Source: an uncultured delta proteobacterium (GTDB lineage: Bacteria > Desulfobacterota > Binatia > Binatales > Binataceae). Taken from it: a DNA stretch of 64,000 bases. The stretch is from NCBI GenBank assembly GCA_963794325.1, contig CAWCDG010000004.1, positions 1,024,001 through 1,088,000 of the forward strand, in the 5' to 3' direction. Positions within the stretch are counted from its first letter, which is position 1. Every line of letters begins with the position of its first letter. Made by a program: the position numbers and the translations under genes. This document shows, one piece after another, positions 57,820 through 64,000 of the stretch. The notes under the pieces were generated by a model, which saw nothing but the letters and a program-made list of their open reading frames with translations, had not been told where the DNA came from and ran no database searches.

Positions 57820-58020
57820 ATTGTGGGGGAGGTTGTGGACGAGGGGAGCATAAGGTTGGAGCTATCGACAGGGCCGGTGCGCGCACGGCCGGCCCTGTCG
57901 GTCAGCCGCTTTTTCGCCGACAGCTTTTCAGCCGGCGATCGCCGTTCAATTTCAGGCGTTTGCAATCTCCATCAACAAATCCACAACTCCTACTATTACT
58001 GCTATTCTTTTTTAGAGATC
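57820..58020. other. Probable oriC unwinding region (degenerate DnaA boxes, DnaA-trios, T-run)
   Basis: AAATCCACA (57977-57985), then CTACTATTACTGCTATTC (57990-58007) and TTTTTT, resembling the Bacillus subtilis basal unwinding system; more degenerate boxes at 57822-57870. Confidence 0.8.
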
Positions 58021-58055
58021 TAAGATCCAGAAATAGGAAGACGGGCTAACAACTG

Positions 58056-59198
58056 ATGGGACTCGCAATCGAGCGCGCTTCGCTGCTTAGCGGTTTGGGA
58101 CTGGTCCAGGGCATCGTGGAACGGCGCACGACGGTTCCGATCCTCGGCCATGTTCTGCTTGAACCAAACAACAATGCGCTGATGCTCAGCGCCACCGATC
58201 TCGAAGTCGGAATCCGCACCCAAGTCGCGTGCAGCGGCAAGGAAAAAAGCTTGACGCTCAATGCGCGCAAGCTCTTCGAAATCGTGCGCGAGACCGAAGG
58301 CGATGAAGTCGCGCTGACGACGCTCGACGGCGATTGGGTCGAGCTGAAATGCGGCCGCGCAAAATTCAAAATGATGGGCCTCGATCCGCGCAGCTTCCCG
58401 GCAATGCCAAGTCAGAGCACCGGGAAGGATGCTGGAGCCGCTAAGAAACAACTCAAGGCCGAACTGGCGATTCCCGCGTCGGTGCTGGCGCAGATGATCG
58501 ACAAAACGATCTTCGCGGTCAGTCCCGATGAAGCGCGATACAATCTGAGCGGCGTGTACGTCGAGTCCAACGCCCCCGGGGCAGTCCGGATGGTCGCGAC
58601 CGATGGCCATCGCCTGGCGATGATCGAGCGCGAAGTGCCGGGATTCACGATGCCGAACGGCGCGATCATTCCACGAAAAGGACTCGCTGAACTGCGCAAA
58701 ATCCTGGACGTCGAAGGTGAAGCTGAAGTGCGGCTCAGCCTCGAAGGTCAGCTCGCATACCTGAAGCGCGGCTCGACCGAAGTCTCGATGCGGCTGGTCG
58801 AGGGCGAATTCCCCGACTACCGCGGCGTAATCCCCAAACAGTCGAAGTACAAAATCACGGTCAAGCGCGATCTGCTGTTCGCGGCAATCAAGCGCGCAGC
58901 GATTTTCTCGAGCGAGCGGTATCACGGCGTTAAATTCGCGATGTCAGCCGGGACGCTGACGGTTTCATCGACCAGTCCCGAAACCGGAGAAGCAAGCGAG
59001 TCGCTCGACGTCGATTTCAAGAGCGAAGAATTCGCGATCGGATTCAACGCATCATACGTGCAACAGGCGCTGGGAGTGATTCCGCAAGGCGCGGATTCGA
59101 CGGTGGAGCTCGGACTCAGCGACGACGTGAGCCCCGGCGTAATCAGGACTGAAACGGATCAGCAGTACACGTACGTCGTCATGCCGATGCGTCTGTAG
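58056..59198 (+). CDS. dnaN: DNA polymerase III beta clamp
   Basis: ATDLE, VATDGHRL, GEFPDY, GFNASY, VVMPMRL. Confidence 0.98.
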   Translation: MGLAIERASLLSGLGLVQGIVERRTTVPILGHVLLEPNNNALMLSATDLEVGIRTQVACSGKEKSLTLNARKLFEIVRETEGDEVALTTLDGDWVELKCGRAKFKMMGLDPRSFPAMPSQSTGKDAGAAKKQLKAELAIPASVLAQMIDKTIFAVSPDEARYNLSGVYVESNAPGAVRMVATDGHRLAMIEREVPGFTMPNGAIIPRKGLAELRKILDVEGEAEVRLSLEGQLAYLKRGSTEVSMRLVEGEFPDYRGVIPKQSKYKITVKRDLLFAAIKRAAIFSSERYHGVKFAMSAGTLTVSSTSPETGEASESLDVDFKSEEFAIGFNASYVQQALGVIPQGADSTVELGLSDDVSPGVIRTETDQQYTYVVMPMRL

Positions 59199-59220
59199 GG
59201 CGGGGACGGCGAATTCACTT

Positions 59221-59320
59221 TATTGAATGTGAAACCCTTCGCGGGTTTCACGCTTCCGCGGCAGGGGTGACCCCTGCACCCAGTGTTAAGAGAAGATGCG
59301 GGGCTTCGCCCCTGTTAGAA
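59221..59320 (-). repeat. Repeat family A copy 15
   Basis: Core at 59261-59277; the first ~57 nt match copy 7. Confidence 0.93.
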
Positions 59321-59404
59321 GGGTTGAACGGCGGCGGGCCGCTCTTTTTCTTGTGTCATTCTAGAGCGAAAGCTGCTGTAGCGAAGAATCCCGGATCTTG
59401 AATT

Positions 59405-59567
59405 ACCTCTCCCGCGGCTTACGACTTGGTCGTTAGCCGCACGCTGGGAGAGGTCGTCCGACGACATTTATGTTGTCGGGCGGGTGAGGGTGCTGGCATC
59501 AAGCTGAATGCGGGCGCCCTCACCCGCTCCTCGAAGACTCGGCGCGACCTCTCCCGAAGGGCGAGGT
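59405..59567. repeat. Family G inverted doublet (same architecture as family C)
   Basis: ACCTCTCCC..GGGAGAGGTCG...GGGTGAGGG / CCCTCACCC...CGACCTCTCCC..GGGCGAGGT; family E half element at 59355. Confidence 0.75.
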
Positions 59568-59569
59568 AA

Positions 59570-61363
59570 TCAATTACCGATTCGGACCAGCACTACCTTG
59601 TTTCGGAAATTGTAATCGCTTTCCCACGGGTATGACGCTTCGCTGAGTTCGACCGTAGTCGGAGTGTCGAGCTTCGGCATGTCGCGGCGGCGGACGATCA
59701 TCCATTTGGCGTCGCCTTTCGCGATCGCATCCTGCAGGTCCTGCTTGTCATCCAACTCGGGGAGCGGCTTGGGTGGATTGAGATAGAACAGCGGCCCCTC
59801 GGTCTTATACAGAACGAGATGGTCGGTCGAGCCGCCAATCTTGTTCAACACCGCGTAGCCGAATGGCTTTTCGCCGCGGTACGCCTCCGCCGCCGGCATC
59901 GCGAAGATATATATGTAGGCCATCACGAGGTACGCGATGACGCCCATCGAAATCGCGACACGAAACGGGCTGAATTTGCGAATCGCGTAGATGACGGCTG
60001 CGACCGACACGATCCAGATCACAATGAACGGGAATTTGGCGGGCAATTCAGGGAGCGCGTCGTAGGGGCTCGGCAGAATCGCCCACGCAGGAATCAGCAG
60101 CACGATGCCAACGACGGCGGCAATTGCGACGATTGCGTAGCCGATGGTCAGCAGACGGCGGGCGATCATCGAGCGTAGCTCGCCCGGATATACGAGCGTT
60201 CGCGCGACGAGGATTGCCGCGGCGGGTAGAATCGGCAGGATGTAGTAACTGCGCCGCGATCCCGAGAGCGTGAAAAATATAAACGTCGCCCAGAAATATA
60301 CCAACGCAAATCGATCCGCGCGTGCCGGCTCGGCCTTGGCATGGCGCAAGGTGTGCGTCTCGACCAGCGCCGCAGGCAACAGCGCGGACCACGGCGCCAT
60401 CAGCCCGAAGATAACGTAAACGTATAAGTAGATGGGCCCGCGATGGTCGAACGGATGGAAAAACCGTACGACGTTCTCGCGGTAAACCATCGCGAGGCCT
60501 TTCTGCGTGCCCATCATGCGCGCCGAGATTTCGAACGGCAGGTAATACACGAAACCACCGAGTGCGATTCCGACGACGGTGTACCAATTGAAGAACCATC
60601 GATTGCGCTCGATCAGCCGTCGAATGCGATCGGCGAGAGAACCGCGCGAAATTTCCTGAAACAAGATTGCCCATCCGTCGCGCAGGCATGAGTACGCGCC
60701 TATCACCAGCAGCGGCAACGCGAATCCGAGCAGGCCTTTGGTGAGCGACGTGGCCGCCATGATCAGCCACAGGCCGACGACCCAGATTCCACCGCCACGA
60801 TCCTCGTTGTGACTGAAGAGCAGCAGCGCGGCGAGTTCGCCGGTGATCGTCTCTACGTCGGCGCTCGCATCGCGCGAAAAGAATACGAAGCTGAAGCTCG
60901 TCATGAGAATGACGCCGGCAAGTATCGCAGTGCGAGCGTCGTAGAGCCGTCGCACGAGAAGCATCAGCAGCATCACAGCGAGGAGTCCTGCGATGGCGCT
61001 GGGCAGGCGCGTGGCAGCTTCGTTGAGGCCTCCTGTGAACGGTGTCGAAAAAATTACCAGCCAGTACGAGCCGAGCGGCTTGTCGTAATAGACGTGGCCG
61101 TTGATGGTGGGCCAGAAGTAGTTGTGCGTGACGAGCATCTCGCGCGCAATTTCGGCCCATCGGAATTCCGAGGACCACAAGGCTCGAGCGCCGAGGCGGG
61201 CCAAGAAAAGGACGGCGCCAAAAATCAGGACGAGTCCGGCGCGGATGGGGAATCGCGAATCGTTGTCGTCGCCGGCCGGGACCTGCGATGCAGTCGAGCC
61301 GCGCGGTGTGGAAGCGGTGGCCATAGCAGCGAATTGTAACTGGCGCGCGCGATGCTCTGCCAT
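59570..61363 (-). CDS. ArnT/GT39-like glycosyltransferase
   Basis: E.R.AEIAREM, YYDKPLG.YW, RLPSA, LTKG, YILP. Confidence 0.88.
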   Translation of the reverse strand: MAEHRARQLQFAAMATASTPRGSTASQVPAGDDNDSRFPIRAGLVLIFGAVLFLARLGARALWSSEFRWAEIAREMLVTHNYFWPTINGHVYYDKPLGSYWLVIFSTPFTGGLNEAATRLPSAIAGLLAVMLLMLLVRRLYDARTAILAGVILMTSFSFVFFSRDASADVETITGELAALLLFSHNEDRGGGIWVVGLWLIMAATSLTKGLLGFALPLLVIGAYSCLRDGWAILFQEISRGSLADRIRRLIERNRWFFNWYTVVGIALGGFVYYLPFEISARMMGTQKGLAMVYRENVVRFFHPFDHRGPIYLYVYVIFGLMAPWSALLPAALVETHTLRHAKAEPARADRFALVYFWATFIFFTLSGSRRSYYILPILPAAAILVARTLVYPGELRSMIARRLLTIGYAIVAIAAVVGIVLLIPAWAILPSPYDALPELPAKFPFIVIWIVSVAAVIYAIRKFSPFRVAISMGVIAYLVMAYIYIFAMPAAEAYRGEKPFGYAVLNKIGGSTDHLVLYKTEGPLFYLNPPKPLPELDDKQDLQDAIAKGDAKWMIVRRRDMPKLDTPTTVELSEASYPWESDYNFRNKVVLVRIGN

Positions 61364-61421
61364 ACGGCGATTCGATCGGAATGACAGAGCGCGGAGAGGC
61401 AGATAGGATGAAGCGAGTATC

Positions 61422-63509
61422 ATGAGCCACGCGAAAAATCCCGAAAGTCATGCCGGCCGCCGCCCGAACCGGTTAATCAACGAACAGAGTCCGTATCTGC
61501 GGCAGCATGCGTACAATCCGGTGGATTGGCATGCGTGGGGACCGGACGCGCTCGCGCGTGCGAGGGCCGAGAACAAGCCGATCATGCTGTCGATTGGCTA
61601 CTCAGCCTGCCACTGGTGCCACGTGATGGAGCGCGAGTCGTTCGAGAACGACGCTATCGCGCGGCTGATCAACGAGAACTTCATTCCGATTAAGGTCGAT
61701 CGCGAAGAGCGGCCCGACCTCGATCAGATCTACATGGATGCGGTGCAACTGATCACGGGGCGCGGCGGATGGCCGTTGACGATGTTCCTCGCGCCGGATG
61801 GGCGGCCGTTCTTCGGCGGGACCTACTATCCTCCGGAGGATCGGCAGGGGATGCCCGGATTTCCCCGAATCCTGGTCGCGGTATCGCAGGCCTATCGCGA
61901 CAAGGCGAAGGAAGTGACCAACAATCTCGAGAAGCTGACCGAGGCGCTCGGCGCGATTACGAACTACGTCCCGACGGGCGGCGATTTGAAGCCGGGGCTT
62001 GCGACCGAGTCGGCGCGCGCGCTCGCGTCGCATTACGACAGTATCAACGGTGGACTCGGCCAGGCGCCGAAGTTTCCCAACACGTTCGTGTTCTCGCTGT
62101 TTCTTCGCGTGCATGCGGCCGACGGCGACGAGTCGATGGCCGAGATGGTCCGGCACACGCTGTCAAAGATGGCGCGCGGCGGAATCTATGACCAGATTGG
62201 CGGCGGATTCCATCGCTACAGTGTCGACGAGCGATGGTTGGTGCCGCACTTCGAGAAAATGCTGTATGACAACGCGCTGCTGGCGCGGCTCTACCTCGAT
62301 GCCGGCCGCGCGCTGAACGAGCCGGAGTTTCTCGGTGTCGCGCGCGAGATTTTCGACTACGTTCTGCGCGAGATGACGAGTCCCGAAGGCGGCTTTTACG
62401 CCGCGCAGGACGCTGACAGCGAGGGCGAGGAAGGCAAGTTTTTCGTCTGGACGCCCGAACAGGTCGATGCGGTCATCGGTCGCGAGCTCGGGGCGATCGC
62501 CGAGCGCTATTTCGACATTACGATCGAAGGCAATTTCGAAAGCGCGAATATTCCGCATCGAACGATCGAGCTGGGCGACGCGGCGCGGATGTTCAAAATG
62601 TCCGAAGACGAAATGGCGTCGAAGGTTCGCGAGATTCGCAGCCTGCTGTTCGCGGCGCGCGAACAAAGGGTGAAGCCGGGCCGCGACGAAAAAATCCTGG
62701 TGGCGTGGAACGCGATGATGATCGGCGCGTTCGCGGAAGGTTATCGCGCACTGCACGAGCGGCGCTATCTCGATGCGGCCGAGCGCGCGGCGGATTTTAT
62801 GATGACGACGATGTGGGACGGGCGCGCGCTGCGACGGTCGTTCAAGGACGGTGTCGCGCGCCACAATGCCTACCTCGAAGATTATGCGCAGTTGGCGGGC
62901 GCGATGCTCGACCTGTACGAAGCTTCGCTCGACGCGAAGTATCTGGCTCATGCGCGGACGCTGGCGGACGTCATACTCGATCGGTTCATCGACAAGGAAA
63001 AAGGCGGCTTCTTCTTTACCTCGGACGATCATGAGGCGCTGATCATGCGCTCGAAGGCTGCCTTCGACGGATCGACGCCGTCGGGCAACAGCGCGGCCGT
63101 GATGGCGCTGCTCAGACTGCACGGCTACACCGGCGACGAGCGCTACCGCGTCGAGGCCGAACGGACGCTCCGGCTGTTCCGCGAATTTATCGAGAAGCAG
63201 CCGTTCGGATTTTCGCACATGCTCGAAGCGGTGGACCTTTATCAGCGCGGACCGACCGAAGTCGTGATTGTCGGCGACCACAAATCGCCTGAGCTGATCG
63301 AATGGACCGAGCGGCTCGGACTCATCTACGTTCCGAATCTTGCGGTTCTCGTTGCCGACCCGGCTGACGCTCAGACCGGTTTCATCCCGGAGCAGGTGCG
63401 CGACAAACGGCAGATCGACGGCCACGTCACCGCGTACGTGTGCCGCGAGCATACCTGCACGCCGCCGATCACCGCCTTCAAAGATTTGCAGAAGGAGCTG
63501 GCCGACTAG
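61422..63509 (+). CDS. Thioredoxin domain-containing protein (YyaL/DUF255, SPATA20-like)
   Basis: [39 protein letters not shown]. Confidence 0.95.
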   Translation: MSHAKNPESHAGRRPNRLINEQSPYLRQHAYNPVDWHAWGPDALARARAENKPIMLSIGYSACHWCHVMERESFENDAIARLINENFIPIKVDREERPDLDQIYMDAVQLITGRGGWPLTMFLAPDGRPFFGGTYYPPEDRQGMPGFPRILVAVSQAYRDKAKEVTNNLEKLTEALGAITNYVPTGGDLKPGLATESARALASHYDSINGGLGQAPKFPNTFVFSLFLRVHAADGDESMAEMVRHTLSKMARGGIYDQIGGGFHRYSVDERWLVPHFEKMLYDNALLARLYLDAGRALNEPEFLGVAREIFDYVLREMTSPEGGFYAAQDADSEGEEGKFFVWTPEQVDAVIGRELGAIAERYFDITIEGNFESANIPHRTIELGDAARMFKMSEDEMASKVREIRSLLFAAREQRVKPGRDEKILVAWNAMMIGAFAEGYRALHERRYLDAAERAADFMMTTMWDGRALRRSFKDGVARHNAYLEDYAQLAGAMLDLYEASLDAKYLAHARTLADVILDRFIDKEKGGFFFTSDDHEALIMRSKAAFDGSTPSGNSAAVMALLRLHGYTGDERYRVEAERTLRLFREFIEKQPFGFSHMLEAVDLYQRGPTEVVIVGDHKSPELIEWTERLGLIYVPNLAVLVADPADAQTGFIPEQVRDKRQIDGHVTAYVCREHTCTPPITAFKDLQKELAD

Positions 63510-63517
63510 GCGCTTCC

Positions 63518-64000
63518 ATGGAGAGCTACGCGCGCGACATCGCTCCGGCTGCGAAACCGACGCCGCATTACCCGCCGATTGTCGTCAATCGGGCGCCGCG
63601 CAACAACGGTTCCCGCCTTCGAGTCGTGCTGCTCAACGCAGCCGGCGGACGCCATTTTCGCGACATCGCGGCCTGTCTCAAGCGGCCGAGCCTGCGAGGC
63701 GCCGACATAGTTTTGCTGTGCGAGGTCATTTCGGAGCCGCAAACTGCGAGCTCGCCCGCTCGCGATGTCGCCGCTGAGCTTGGCGCGATGCTCGGAATGA
63801 GCTGTGCGCATATTCCCGAGTACGGCCTCAGTCCCGACGGCGTCGAAATCGGGTCGTATATGGGCAACGCGATCCTGAGTTCGGTTCCGTTCGACGACGT
63901 CGCCGCGGTCGCGATGCACCGGCCGCGAACTCCGCTCGCATGGCCGATGGGCATGCGGAGATGGAGGCGGATCGGCACGCCGACGGGATTGGTCACCACC
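63518..64000 (+). CDS. Endonuclease/exonuclease/phosphatase family protein (partial, runs off the window)
   Basis: Manual translation gives LRVVLLNA, ADIVLLCEV, GNAILS. Confidence 0.75.
   Translation, partial: MESYARDIAPAAKPTPHYPPIVVNRAPRNNGSRLRVVLLNAAGGRHFRDIAACLKRPSLRGADIVLLCEVISEPQTASSPARDVAAELGAMLGMSCAHIPEYGLSPDGVEIGSYMGNAILSSVPFDDVAAVAMHRPRTPLAWPMGMRRWRRIGTPTGLVTT

Noticed and set aside
3601-59567. Repeats as a CRISPR array
   Set aside because: Copies are dispersed, not regularly interspaced with unique spacers, and no cas genes are present
1-64000. tRNA, rRNA, integrase or intact transposase genes
   Set aside because: None recognisable by eye; tRNAscan/Infernal would be needed to exclude small RNAs

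Overview
High-GC bacterial chromosomal segment spanning the replication-origin neighbourhood. Gene content (split hemL-atpZ-atpI-atpB-atpE F0 cluster, trmFO near topA, jag, mutS2, DUF1329) suggests a delta-proteobacteria-like organism such as Ca. Binatia; this is inference only. Core genes are topA, trmFO, HU, parB-parA-rsmG-mnmG-mnmE, rpmH-rnpA-yidD-yidC-jag, fumC, mutS2, atpE/B/I/Z, hemL, dnaA and dnaN, with four parS sites, DnaA boxes and a DnaA-trio unwinding element between dnaA and dnaN. Accessory loci are an ECF42 sigma/DGPF (YCII) cluster with its own promoter, tandem Zn-ADHs, a sigma54-type cassette of three TadG-like and two TadE genes, a TumE/TumA-like TA pair, a TetR/Rieske pair and redox genes. 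The most striking signal is non-coding: about 40 short palindromic elements of at least five families fill many intergenic gaps, even inside housekeeping gene clusters. They include (A) a 15-copy modular three-hairpin element with compensatory base changes whose orientation flips at ~23 kb, and (B/C/G) a CCCCTTCCC..GGGAAGGGG superfamily with telomere-like (TTAGGGG)2 tails and ~237-bp MITE forms, one copy of which abuts an unannotated, degraded DUF559 endonuclease gene. Several elements supply host-gene stop codons. G/C strand bias also appears to flip at ~21-23.5 kb, about 35 kb from the DnaA-trio origin, and rpmH is detached from dnaA, suggesting a large inversion or a mis-join. Three genes carry single-base frameshifts that are probably sequencing errors.
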